Shown here: in pieces, positions 26,520-39,793 of the stretch
Layout of the letters: each line of letters begins with the position of its first letter
How positions within the stretch are numbered: position 1 is the first letter of the stretch
Assembly (NCBI GenBank): GCA_050230475.1
Contig: JBFLGF010000075.1
Coordinates: 1 to 64,000 of the forward strand
Length of the DNA: 64,000 nt
DNA from: Ancylonema sp.
Taxonomy: Eukaryota
Reading direction: 5' to 3'
Notes under the pieces: model-generated
The model's input: the letters and a program-made list of their open reading frames with translations, nothing else
The model's database searches: none
What the model was told of the DNA's origin: nothing
Translations under genes and position numbers: made by a program

Positions 26520-29500
26520 TTATCGAGGACTTTGTTGTTGTAAAAGTGAATCATTCGAAATCTAATCGCGTTTGACCAAGTTGGCGAGGATGGTTTAGCA
26601 ACTACCCTCGCAAGAAGAAGGTCTCAAAGTCTTCAACCTCGCTTGGCTTTCACAAAAGAAGAATTGGGGGTGTCACTCTTACTACTATGATTTAGTGTAG
26701 TATATATGTAATATGTATATAATATGTATGTAATATGTATATTATATGTACATAATATGTATACAATATGTATATAATATGTATTTAGTATAAAAAATAG
26801 TAAAATTGTATATTTAGTATGGTGAACCTTAGTCTAGCAATCAAATTAGGGGGGCAGTTTATTTACTTCTTAGCGGCCAATTGTGTGGCTCTCAGTTTGC
26901 ACACTACAAAGGCAACGATAGGGAGGCTTTGGTGATTGTTTTGATGCATAATTCCTTGCTATGTCAAATGACCTTATCGCAAAAACAATTCGCAGGTATC
27001 CCACACACTTCCGATGGGGTTGTTGTGGCATAATAATCGTCTTGACTCCAATGTTTGATGAAAAAGGTTTGAGCTTCGGAGAGGAGACGAACATTTGGAT
27101 GGCACATCAGACAACTCTTGATGGGGATTTTCATGGGTAATACCTGTGAAAACTAATGTTAAAGATACGATCAATACCTTCCATGTCGTTGATTATAATA
27201 ATAATTTGTCATTGCACATTATTCTCTTACATCGTGTCAAATACACGGTGCAAAACAAGTTATCGAACAAGATTATGAAACGGTCGGGTACGTTGTCAAG
27301 ATTGCAAGGTAGCGTGGCACGAGGCCATTTTTTTGTTTAGTGTCGGTGAGGTATGGGGTCAAAAGAAAATATTGAAATATTATTATATTCCATGAAGGAT
27401 GTAGGAAACGTCCTTCGTTGCACAACACTTCCCCCTACCCTCTCAAACAAGTGTGTTCCTAACGGAAACGGTCCGACACTCGGACAGATCGTGTCAATAT
27501 ATCGGGAAAAAAACTTTATGCAAAAAATAAAAATAAAGACTCGCTGTGCCGGCAAAAAACAGTGTATGTACAGTACTTTATGACACCCGTACAGTACTCA
27601 TCGGCTATCACGTGCATTTTCGCAATGATACGTGCATTTCTCAACAAAACACGCACTTTGCGCTGAAACGTGCATTTTGCGACGAAACACTCATTTCTGT
27701 CAGTGCCGCGAATCTTCCGTGGATGCGTTATTCAAATGGTTGATGTCGTGATATTTCAACACAATGCCGGTGACAACAGGTTGGTAAGAATGTAGATATT
27801 CGCAAACATCGACTCCTGTTCCATTTGCTTATCGATGGATTGTCAATGCTGAATTGACACGCACACGCCCAGAACGAAAACATCCACATCCCGAGTCATA
27901 CAAAGAGTCGATCTTAATTCTTGATCTGTCGACCCGCAAAGGACATTCATCCGGGTTTACCCTCGACCCATCAAACTCTTCATCTGCGATCTCGTCATCG
28001 ATGTACACGTGTCAATGAGTCGTGTCGATAACTTATCATCACGACATGAGGTGCAAAATGGCAAGAGCCCCTCTCATTTCATACATCCCTTCAATGTTTT
28101 CTGGCACCGTGAAAGCCTTCGCACCGTATCCTACACCCATCGGCGTACATTTGTCGACAAGTCCCGTCGATAACCAAATCCTGTGAATTACAATGACATG
28201 ATGCGTGAAAATACATCGAATCCTTCAAAATTTCTCTCAAGTGTGAATGCTCCTCTGTGAAAACCCCTACATGAAAACCCCTCTCTTTTAATATATCCCA
28301 TTGAATTATTGTTGTGCCACCGTTCGAGCCGTTACTTGACTTTCACTGGGTCTAAGAGTTGGTGTCCTCGTCTTGCCATCTATAGAATGTTGAGTTGCAC
28401 TCTATCACTCGGTTTGTCGTCAAACCGAGACGCTGGGGACATGCGAATGGCCGTGTGTCTCCAACAGACGACACGCGACACGTGATCATGTGTCGTGCAA
28501 CTATGGTCACATCCACATAATTCTTCAAAATTGTCCAAAAAGTGATACTCTCCACGATATACAGATACACAACAAATACCCGATCTTCATCCGCAATGTC
28601 AAATACACTCGATGTTAGACACAACTATGGGCATGCTTCATGTTCCGAATCAATCCAATGGATACAAAATGTTGCAAAAATGCTGCGACGATAGTCATTT
28701 GGATTTCAAGTTGGAGGTTGACATGGAAACCCCGAAAGCTAGGGTTTTTCATTAGCTTCATGGTTAAATCATTTCACAATAATTCACGGTAGAATCAAAT
28801 CGAAACAAAAATCAGCCGGGTCCGAGTTAAGGTCTCAAGGCAGGCAGTTTCCGTGATTTTTTTTGCATCGTAGGGTCTCGTTCATCGTTTACGAGTTTGG
28901 CATGGAATTCCTGGGATGTCGTATTGGCATGAGACGTCTCAGATGCAACACTAAACACTCTTCACTCTGTGGCAGGATGGGGTCCCAGTCGTTTGGGGAT
29001 GGAGTCCCATGATTTTACCACCGACCATACCCTCTGTGCTCCGTGAATATGGCAGATGTGTTCCTCAAGCCAACTGACACCAAGGTAGCAAATCAGCGAC
29101 GCATTCTACAGAGGAGAATTATACAGCGTCACATCTCCGCAAGAAATTAGCAAGTGACCAAGCTTTTCGACTGATTCCCAGGATATGTCAACTGGCCGTG
29201 CGCTTCATGACACGCCCTTCAAAGTTAGCGCAAAAGAATTGAGGAATTTACTCCGATAGTAGCCTCCATCGAGCTTCACACCTTGGCTCTCAGATTGAAA
29301 AGAAAATGTGAATTGCCGTTTTGAGCGGTGCTAAATTTATTCTTTCCTGTTGCTGAATCTCTTCGACCATATAGCCACAACGGTATGTTTGATATATGTT
29401 ATAAAGTTTGGGTAGAGTTCGTGCATGTCAGTATGATTTACTACACATTGCATGCGGGAAATGTTTTCGTTTCAGAATAACAAATTTGGCTGTGGTGAAA

Positions 29501-29711
29501 CGAGCTGCTGCTTGTGTAAAGCACAGATTTTATGCTACATATTCGGCATCAACATCTGACCAGACATCTGTGTGGTGATGTCTTCGACCTGACGTGCCAC
29601 CGTGCTTGGCAGCAAGTCTTGAATCTGGTGCTCGAACGTAAACTTCAGAAGCATATGAATTAGGAAATAGTGTGACCAATAGTTGTAAGCTATAAAAATT
29701 CTTCCTCAGGT

Positions 29712-30994
29712 ATGTCTGGAGAAGCTGAGCGAAATGCCGAAGATGAAGAGCACACATGCGCTGTGTGCCTTGAAGCTATGTTGCCACCTGTCCTGCCACC
29801 AACTGCACCGGAGCAAGCGCCTCTCCAAGACTCGCCTGAGATGGAGAGTGCAACTCTTAGGTAGGCTAGAGGCATTCTGAAATATTGCAGATTCTATCTG
29901 CGACATTTATAAAAAAAAACCTGTGCAGAGTCCTATTTAAAAACAAAAAATCAACCTGTGTTATGTTCCACTTCTTGGCACACAAATCCCATCACATCCT
30001 GTCTTCCTGTTCTGCCTCATCAGAAATCCTGAAAACTCCTGGCATTTCACATATATCTCACCCCCTGCACCATCTCAGATACCATTATTAGAGTGATGTC
30101 ACCCTTCCTCGTTACGTAGTCATGTGCAATAATTAGACAGTCCATGTGCACATGTGCAGCAGTAGTTTTGTCTGCTAGGCCAGTGAATCACATCGATTTG
30201 CCAAAAAAATGAAGTCATGACAATCTCTGTTCATAAAATTTTCTGATTCACCTCTCCAACTCTTTGCACGGCGTGCCAAGTAAAACGACATGTCATCTCA
30301 TCCTGTCAGGTTCTCATGCTTATCTGAGAGGCTATGTACTTGCAAGCTTCTTATCATTCTTATCATTCTCATCATTCTCATCATTCATTCATTCGTTCAT
30401 TCATTCATACATTCATTCGTTCATTCGTTCATTCGATCATTTGTTCATTTGTTCATTCGTTCATTCGTTCATTCGTTCATTCGTTCATTCGTTCATTCAC
30501 AGTCTGCTACCTCCAGTCTCAGGTGCAACATTGTGCTGCGCTGACGGTGTGCCCTTCTCTTTGCATCCAGGTGCGGTCACCAGCTGCATTTGAGCTGTCT
30601 GCTCAAGTGCCTTCTTCCCCAGCCTTCCGGTACCATTGCCACCTACAGCCACCGATGCCCCATCTGCCGGTGTCACATAGGGGACAAGGTGACAAGTGTC
30701 ACGTCACAATTGGACCCCTCTCTCTTTCGGCCGGAGGTGTCAGGTATAGAGCAACACGAGATGGAAATGGGGTTCAGGATCGTTGTCCTCCAAGCACTGT
30801 TGAGAGTGAAGGAGAGAGAGCTTGTAAGAGTAGCGGAGGCCGCAAGGTCATTGGGGGAAGCAACAGCGAATCTTGGCAGAAGATTGGGGAGGTTAGAGAA
30901 GCAGACAGATAGTGATGGGGGGGGGGGGGGGTCAGCTAAGAGGAAAAGGGATTCGGATCATGACAGAAGGGAGGGACCGAAGGATCATACGTGA
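29712..30994 (+). CDS. RING-H2 finger protein (copy 2)
   Basis: Exons 29712-29860 and 30571-30994; CAVC...CGHQLHLSC...CPIC intact. Confidence 0.8.
30350..30500. repeat. (TTCA/TTCG)n intronic array
   Basis: About 120 bp longer than the short TTCATTCATTCA at ~21336 in copy 1. Confidence 0.9.
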
Positions 30995-31989
30995 TCAATT
31001 CGGGCTCCAATGTGGGCCTCATGGCAACAATTCACGGCCATTTTGTCCCTCCTTGGAAGGCTAGAGGAGGAGATTCTGATTGCGATTGAAAAATGAATCG
31101 GGTCTGAGGAGTGTGGCAGAGGAAATGTGTACAAATTGCCAGAGACTAAAGAAAGCAAGCTTGTGGAAGCATGTCATAGGGAGAGAGGGTTAATAAAGTG
31201 TTTGCTGATCTCATTCTCATGTATTGTGGGACTAGAGCTTCGATGTATGAGAGGCAGGTAGAGTGGTAGCTGTACTTTCTTTGGTTATTTCCATATTCAC
31301 ACAAAGAAAGGGCCACAAATATGTAGTGGTATGGAGCAAACGAAGAGGAAACTATGCACAAGAACATAGGCAGCTTGAGGCTCTTATTTGGACATGCTTT
31401 GACAGTACTTTGGGGGAAACTTTTTGTGTTGGTGTTATGGTGTTATGATGTTATGGTGTTATGGTGTTATGGTGTTACGGTGTTATGGTGTTATGGTGTT
31501 ATGGTAATATGGGCGAGAGAACAGTTCCAAGAGAGTCTTGAATCATATGTTGTACAGAAGTCAGGTTCACTCTAGCATGCCTTGTTGCATACCTCCTCCA
31601 CCCCGTATTTATGTATTGTGTGCAGTCATGTGCATGCAGTGCACAAGAAAATTGTACCCGCGATTGCTGGTGGCAAGTATGATAATGTTGGCCGAATTGT
31701 GATGAGCTTGAGCAAACACCTTCTCTAGAAGCCCTTCAATGTCAACAATAGTGTTGGTCAAGAGCCGTGGGGTGAATAGGAGTGGTGAAACAGGACTGAT
31801 GTAACCAATTCAGTAGTTTGGAGAACATAATGGTTGGGAAGCCATAGGAAACTAGACTTCTTGGACCTTAAAATGTACCTAAGAAATCAGTCGAAGTCGT
31901 CCACTAAAAAGGGGCTTAAATTTCTACTAGTGTTGTGTCGACATGTCGACATGTCGACATTGGTCTACACATGGTGAGAGTATGCATAG

Positions 31990-33050
31990 ATGCCCTATAA
32001 GGACTCATGTTTGGGTGGGGTATGGATTTTGCAGGTCCCCTACCTACAACAGAGCGGGGAAAAAAGTGTTAAAGTCTACATTGAACATTATACAATGTGG
32101 GTAGAGTTGATGGCGCTCCTTTCTAAGTCCTGAGGCGGAGTTGCCAAAGTTTGATTAAACAGTGTTCTCAGTCGTTTTGGCGCCCCTGGAGAAGTTATGA
32201 CAGACCAGAAGACAGAATTCCAAGGGGGATTCCAAGCATTGTTATCCGAATTGTTGTCACTCATAGGGTGGCGTCTTGTAAACACCCCCCGGTTAACGGT
32301 TTCGCCGAGAGGATGGTTCAAGCTCCGAAGCAAGGATTAAGGAAGTGCTTGATTAATCAAAGATGGAATCCCTTGCCCTATGTTTCCATGGGGTACCGAA
32401 TGTCAAAACAAAAATAAATCGGGTACAGCCCTTACTTCTTGTTGCATGGAAGAGAACCCTCGTTTCCATCCAATAACCAGTATTTGAAGAATGATGTGAT
32501 TGACCCCAGAATGGGGGAGCACAAAAATTGAAACTGCAATTAACACATCGTGGCGCAGCGTTACAAGAGGTGACCCCCCTTGCTATGCGCCATTTGGCTA
32601 TGGCTCAACAACGTGATCAAGAAATGATTTGTCATTTACATGAGGGTGGTCATGCAAAACCTAAAGCATTGTTTGTTCTGGGGGATTCTGTCATGTTGAA
32701 GCAACCTTAGGGGGACACTCTGGATCCCCCGGCCCGTCCACATATACTTAGGGTATTGGAGTTGAGGGACAGTGGTATGGCGGTGCTGTTAGGCATCGAT
32801 GGAGCCACCATCAGCCACCAAGTTGCAAAATCGGCACGATGTTTAGTGCCTGTGGCGGATTCTCGAGTATACCCGTAGACATACGTGCGAACGGACGTAG
32901 TGCATTGTCAGATATGCGGGTCCAAGTCTGACCCCGCACTGATGTTGTTGTGCGACTTTTACAACAAAGGCACGTTCCACATTTATTGCCTCCATCAGAT
33001 TTTGCGGTAGGTCCATATTAGCAGCTGGAAATGTGAGACACACAAGGTGA
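31990..33050 (+). mobile_element. Degenerate Ty3/gypsy integrase remnant ending in a PHD finger
   Basis: Frameshifted and stop-interrupted segments: MDFAGPLPTTERG, SRFGAPGEVMTDQKTEF, HPPVNGFAERMVQ, LPYVSMGYR, then CQIC...MLLCD...FHIYCL...WKCETH at 32906-33043. Confidence 0.8.
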
Positions 33051-33559
33051 ACCATCTATACACTTAATGCTACACACTAACAACCAAACAACACTAACAA
33101 CACACACACACACACACGGTTTTCATCAAAACCTGAATCTTAATCAATCTCTGTGTCGGAAAAACCCCATGGGAGCACATTTGTGAGAAGCCGATTTATT
33201 TGTGCCAACGATAGCTAGAAAGTATTTTTAGATGTGCTTGCAAAGTGTGCTATGTAATTGTACGACGTGTCTCGAAAATTTCAAAACAAAGACACATAAA
33301 GGATGGATTGTGTATACTCACCACACCTCATATACAACGATAATTGGCAAAGACGTGTGTCACACTCAGGGTTTGATCAAACAAAAAAGCATGTCGTCGA
33401 CACGTTGATATCCCTCACTCTTGGTACACTTGGATGTTTTGTACATCATTTGGTGACGAAAATTATGGAAATACATATTCTTTGCATGCCAACAAGCGTA
33501 GAGGAGAAGGAAATCAAGTCAGATGCAAAAGAGCAACCCAACCCACAATCAAGAACATC

Positions 33560-34090
33560 GTCAAGTGCGTCGATCGACGAGTCATGATGCTTCACCACAA
33601 CGATTCGTCACTTCTAAAATACTTGACGTCGGGGTATAACAGAATCGCTATGTACATGTCGAATGGTTTGCCGGCATCGAAACCGGACCCAGTCCGATTC
33701 ACACCAGACCTAGCGACCTTGTGACCTTGGCATGGGGGATATACTTTTCGACTACTGGTGAGGCATCGACAAAGTTAAAAAAGAAGACTTTAAGCAAGGT
33801 TGTTTCCAAAAACGAGGCAGATTTGTACTCCGGTCACTATGTGGCCGAATTTACTATATATCAGGTGAGAAGAGAGCCGCATCTTGTCGAGTGGCTTGCT
33901 CTATGACGCACTTGGAATAAACTTGCTCAGAATATTTGAATTCAGATATCACTCATTTAGTAAAAAATCCGGAATTACCGACACCAAAATCAATCATACA
34001 CATTTCAAAGGTTCTGACCAAGACTTCCACTTGGTGATGTCGAGGGCCAGCCTCACTTATTTTGACCAGAGAGGGATTCCAGCATAATTT
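33560..34090 (+). mobile_element. Possible highly decayed Ty1/copia RT-RNaseH fragment
   Basis: Weak motif echoes only (RIAMYMSN, LAWGIYF, SKNEADL, FEFRYH). Confidence 0.3.
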
Positions 34091-34667
34091 ATGCCTGAGA
34101 CGAAGTTTTCACTGAAACGACTTTTTTATATGTGTTCCTCAAATTTGTACAAGAAAGTAGAAGCAAACAAGGTTTCTTTTTTACAAACCAAAACAAAAAA
34201 ATATTATAAAGCAACAAAGTGGACAGAGTCACTTCAATCATTCCAGAACAGAATCTGAATAGTCGAGTAATAGGGATGAAGAGAGTACTACAAGCGATAC
34301 ATCGCCAAAGTCCAGAGACGTGACTCCTCAGGAATGTGATCCGTATTCACCTTGAATCTGACACGACAATGACATATAAAAATGACATAACCTCGCACGT
34401 TCTCAAACCACATGAGCGGATGTGTCGACACAAAAATTCAACTACGACCAAGATATTATCTTAAAAGAAAACAAAATTGCGAATAGAAATGCATTGAAAT
34501 ATACAATAAGCTCAACCGATCTAGTGAATCGTAGTTCCTATGAATCACTCGAGTAATGTGGGTAAAAATGAGGATTGAAGAAAATAAAACGTCAATGTTG
34601 AGTGAAAATGAGACAACAAGTCAGGAACCGAGTATCCCTTCACAAATTATTCTATATCCACCAATAT

Positions 34668-35789
34668 TCACAAGTGTTCCATCATCTCATAATCGTATCC
34701 ACAGGCGTAGCCACCCCGATTCAAGATGTAGAGGTGAGCTGGGCCAGGCCTCGAAAGTACCAAATTCAGGTCCTCGTTTTGTAAATTTTTGTCCCATTTT
34801 GCTTTAAGCCAGCAGAGCATCTGCTGAGCCACTTGCGAGCTCTCGGCAACAAACGGATCACAAATGTTATCCCTGAAACATAATATCCCCACAACTTTCA
34901 TTTCCTTTTGAATCTGAGCTTGCTGGCTCATCTTCTTGTCCAATTTGCTGATTTCAGAAGTGGTTTCTTCGGAAGACACCGCTTTGAAAGCTACAACACC
35001 AGAAGATCTGAACGATCGGAGCTTTCCCAGAGGAAGATTGAACATTGTTTCTATGTTTTCGTCTTCCTCCGGCCTGGCAATGCTCAAGTGGCACATTGAT
35101 TTACCCATTTCTCTTGAATCGGCGTTGGTGTCAAGATTAGACCAAGGAATTCTATATGTTACATTGCAAGAGATAACAGCCAGCTTCATCGAGCAAAATA
35201 GCCGGACTGCAAAGTCGTTATCCTGAGGTACACGAAGCCCCCAATATTTGCAGCCGTGATCCTGGAGTCGTTTGGCAACCGCACGCATAAGAATTTTTCC
35301 TCCACCCATCCCTCGCATACCTGAGGAAACAGAGACAGTGAGGATAAGGCACAGTTAACGTAGCACAGTTCGACAAATCAAAATGTAAACATCTGGAGTG
35401 AAGGTCACTTCTGGAAATCGTTGCAATATTTCCAAATCATCATCTTCTCGGTGAAACAACACACTTTTATTCAATGAATGACTCAATAGAACTTGGAACC
35501 TGAGAAGGAGATCCGAAGAAAAATACCAGATGTTGTGCATTCCCGTCGTAGAGTTACCTGGATGTACGAATATTGTGACAATTATGCCAACAGGTCGACG
35601 ACGGATACCAAATTGAATGTAGCCAACCGTCTTCTCTTCCAAAGTGAGTAATATAATGAAAGGTGTCAATCGGCACCATTCTTGGTATGACTGGCAAGCA
35701 ATTCCCTCCAAATTCATATCAGACAAAAACTGGAACGAACTGTGGTCATTTTTTGTGGCATCTACAGCCTTAAATCCCAGATTGTCCAT
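34668..35789 (-). CDS. GNAT-family N-acetyltransferase, divergent paralog, 2 exons
   Basis: Exons 35789-35558 and 35320-34668. IFVHP-GMRGMGGGKILM carries motif A. Intron position and phase match the other two GNATs, and the GC..W.L.V.QDN, TY..W, NIE....L.G.L and C.PF motifs are shared. Confidence 0.8.
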
Positions 35790-37599
35790 CCTCAACTTGT
35801 TTCAAAATGCATAAACGATCACAGGTTTTCAATCGCACCACACATTATGACTGGAAATGTTGAAAGATGTTGCGCATTCCCCTACTTTGTAAAAATCTTG
35901 GTCGGTGGTTCGAAAGGAAAGCAAGACACGATTCTGAGTACTTATAAGACATTATCTTTAACCAACATACTTGACTTCATACATAGATTCTCGTTTGAAT
36001 GCAATTAAGACTGGTACCCTGACATTTTCTTCTTTCGTGGTACTTGACCACGAGATGCCATGATTGATCGATGTCATGTGAATTATTTGGCAGATTATTT
36101 CCTTGAGAATTTTAGGGCGATGAATCTGTCCCAGCATCTCGTCGACTCTTGCACGTGTGATAAGTGGAATCTATGAACCTTTTTAGTGACGGTCAATCAG
36201 TATGGTCCGTACATCGGCGGCATCGGGCAGTTATGGAGCTTCTATTTATCGTTGTAGCCGAAAAACAAAAACGACATCCGTAGGTGTCCTGGACCTTAGG
36301 ACGTCAACATAAATAATGTCGTCCAATCGACCTGAAATCATTGTTTGGTATATTGGACTCCAACGCGATCCACAAACGCGACGAGAGCCCAGCCACCAGG
36401 CCACCATAATATCAAGCAAATATCAAGACACCATACGCACGTTTTTTAATTTATATACGGCTTTTCGCCAAGATTGTTCAAAGCGATGGAACTATGAATA
36501 TGTTGGGGAAAAATCCGATAAACTTCATGCACGTATAATATTAAGTCACTCAATTGAAAATTAACACGACTCGACAAGTATCATATCGACTGATAAAGTC
36601 TCAACGAGATGGAGATGCTACATGTTCTCGTTTAAGATTGGCATACCGAAATCGGTTGGGATGGGCTGGGTTTTTATTTTTTGAAGTGATAAGCTTGACG
36701 CGTTTATTTGGTACATGTGTAGTGACGTCGAGATCGGACGTGGCTTTACATATTTGATCGATAGTTGCATCATGCTTCGTTGAATTGGTTTATTGTTGAT
36801 ATTTATGACCTAATGTTGTTTTGGTATGATAGGGAACCATTTATGGATGATATGTTTTCTAGGTCTAGCATCTCAAGAGAGGTGTAAAAACACGGCTGAT
36901 TTATAAAAAAAACTTTGTATCTTAAGATTCACCTCTGAGTTGTGCAAAAAATATATTGCGTTGCGTTTGTGTTATGTGCGTTATGTTGGTGTTATGTTGT
37001 CGATGACTGTGCAATGTATCGAAAATTTTATAAACGGTTCAATTCATTGATGTATATACCTGCATGACTAAAATGCAGACAAAAAATACGAAGATTGATC
37101 GAGTATCGACAACTTGAAACATCAAAAATGTACACACGTATCGATCACTGGGTCGAGGCATCGACACGCTTCGAGAGATATCGGTGCAACATGCCTTTGT
37201 ATATTAGGGGCGAAACTATACTGCAATGGGATGGGTTGAGAAGGGTTGACTTGATTCGGGTTTGATTTTGAGGTGTTCGATTGTTGCATGGAGAGGGACG
37301 TAAATATGTTGATAGCGGACGAGGCTTTGTGTATTTGATCGATAGGTGCGTCATGTTATTTAAAATGAATGAGTTGTTGACAATAGGGGACCACTTATCG
37401 GTAGATCTTGTTGAGAATCATATTATGAGAATAGGGGCTGACCACGGCTAGGCAAGATGTTGAAAAGTGTGTATCCCAAAGATTGTTGAGTCTAAACAAA
37501 AAATCTTGTGGTAGTGCATATGCGTTTGTAAAAGTGTCTCGGTGGCCATCGAGCTATTTTCGAAGTCCTTTTTTGTGTGTAAAGTTGTGCTTTTGACGA

Positions 37600-37661
37600 A
37601 TTGCAAAGTTCATCGACACGCTTATCGAGCCTACGGGCCACTTGACAAGTGGTATCAGAGC
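37600..37661 (+). mobile_element. LTR 3' end followed by a tRNA-Met primer-binding site
   Basis: ...CTTGACA-AG-TGGTATCAGAGC (PBS 37650-37661). Upstream 36640-37530 shows a degenerate direct repeat. The LTR start is not defined. Confidence 0.55.
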
Positions 37662-38362
37662 AAAGGTGAATGGTGTTGAGAGATGGTTATAGAAATCATG
37701 TTGAATATGCAAATATACATGGACCGTGGCAAGCAAAGTTTTTTATATTTTCAACGTGAAAGAACCAAAATTGTAATGACCATCTCCATTGCAGCCAATG
37801 ACACGAATGGTGATAGAAAATCAGAAGCATTTTTTGATCAAAGTAGGGTTCACATCAAGGACTTGAGAACGAATCGATCAAGCTACATCCCCCATAACAA
37901 ACATGTTGGATATTAATAGATTAAGCTTGCATGCCAGGACTCCTGTCATCATGATCACCGGCCGGAAATTACAATACACTATTACCCGTGCAGGGCAACT
38001 AGACATCATATTACAGTTCCAAAAATTTTAATGGACTCAACAAACAAGCAACACTTGAATGAGTTGTTACGAAAGATTATAGTGCAAAGCAATGCCATCG
38101 CGGTCGCAAACTGGCTAGAATTTTTCATCAATGCCCTTCTAAGAGAGTAGGACATCCTTTACATCTTTTATATTTGATCTCACTTCGTGCAGCAACCGCC
38201 GTCAGACACCCAATTTATTCGGGTTTGTCGTTCGACATCGAACAACGAAGAAGAGGAGTGCAGCCCTTAGTGTATCGTCAGCGATGGCAACAATGGCATG
38301 TTATCAAAGTACGAGAGGAAAATATTTTCATTAAGGGGCAGAGGAGTGGCCGGTGGAAACAC

Positions 38363-38525
38363 GACAGTATGACAGTATGACAGTATGACAGTATGAATGT
38401 GTGAATGTGTGAATGTGTGAATGTGTGAATGTGTGAATGTGTGAATGTGTGAATGTGTGAATGTGTGAATGTGTGAATGTGTGAATGTGTGAATGTGTGA
38501 ATGTGTGAATGTGTGAATGTGTGAA
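38363..38525. repeat. (GACAGTAT)4 plus (GAATGTGT)n octamer arrays
   Basis: Directly visible tandem units. Confidence 0.95.
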
Positions 38526-39793
38526 GAGACACATTAATATTGTTAGTAGCGTGTAGAGGTTGATTATTAGGGCAGAAAGTCTCTAGAGGAATTAAACAAT
38601 TGACAATTGATTGATTTCAATCAAGGCTGAATTGTACGACCTCTTTCTTCAGACCTTTGGTTGCCTAAAATAAGTGTTTGCTCTTTGAGGCGCATTTAGT
38701 AAGAACCTTATTGAAGACCAGCCAACATGAAACTCAAATCTGGTTCTCCTACTTCATTTATTCACAAGAATATCTAGACCAGAAAGGCATTCAAATGATG
38801 CAGTTGGGCATTGAAAGGAATTTGATGGACATGCACTTGTACATTTCCAGTTTGCGGTGTTGCTTAAAAATATACATACATTCAAGTAAACTCCTAAGCG
38901 CCATACATCGGAACTCTCACGCGACGTCTAGCAACCATCTCAAAAGACATTGTCATTGGAACTTCAAAGTGTTCGCATAGACACTGTCTTCTCACCACTT
39001 CAACTGAATTGATGACTGCCACATCATTAAATCAAAATTCTCTATCTTGCTATGCCACTACACGCACTAAGTGCCTTCCAATTCCCTTGCCACCAACATG
39101 GACCCCCTCCTGAGTGATACACATCTAGAGACTCACCAAAACTGGAGTAATTTTGATATGCGGAAATTCAAATGTTGCAGACCTTGACATCTCTACCGCA
39201 ACATGGTGTGCTTCATGCTTGGGTCTCAAAGGCATGGGCGCCAAGGGTTGTATACAATAGCCGGTTCCATTCACAAACGGTTACCCGGATTTTGAGTGTG
39301 ACCACTTGTCCCGTGTCATCTGGGGGTGGGGTTGGGTGCCAGGTCCACTCCTCTTTTGGTTCCCAAAACCAACCAGAGGAGAGGGGGCTGATGTCAGGCA
39401 GCGACTTGTGGCTGCCATGTCACTCTACAACCCCAATCCTACCGACCGACCAGTACAGTCCAAGTTGACAGAATGTAGCTCTCAACCCGATCTACAGAAG
39501 GCTTCACATCAAATCAACCAAAACCTTTCTCCCACGGACTGGGGTTGGCTACTTGGATTGACTTGGTACTGAGCTGTAGGCATTGGGGGGGGGCAAGAAA
39601 GAAAAAAAGAGAGGACAGGAACGAAACCGAATCCAACGGTCGGCAATTCACGTGCACGTGGCGTGATCCCAGTCTGTATTTCGTCCCCCTCTGACGCTCC
39701 AACAGCTGTTGCCCTCGACACCACATTCCTAGTTTTTTACCTGACCTCCATTCTCTCCTTTCCTCCCTCCCCACCCCCCCGTGAGACAGTTGC

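Larger units (their letters stand above)
24014..32168 (+). repeat. Tandem segmental duplication, copy 2
   Basis: Collinear with 14971-23361. Has an extra ~0.8 kb at ~27600-28415 and an expanded TTCA/TTCG array. Confidence 0.9.

Noticed and set aside
27600..28415. Copy-2-specific 0.8-kb segment as a gene or TE
   Set aside because: No TIR/TSD found and the frames I checked contain stops; cannot distinguish insertion from deletion.
38700..39100. Possible copia RT remnant on the minus strand
   Set aside because: Similarity too weak to support without a search.
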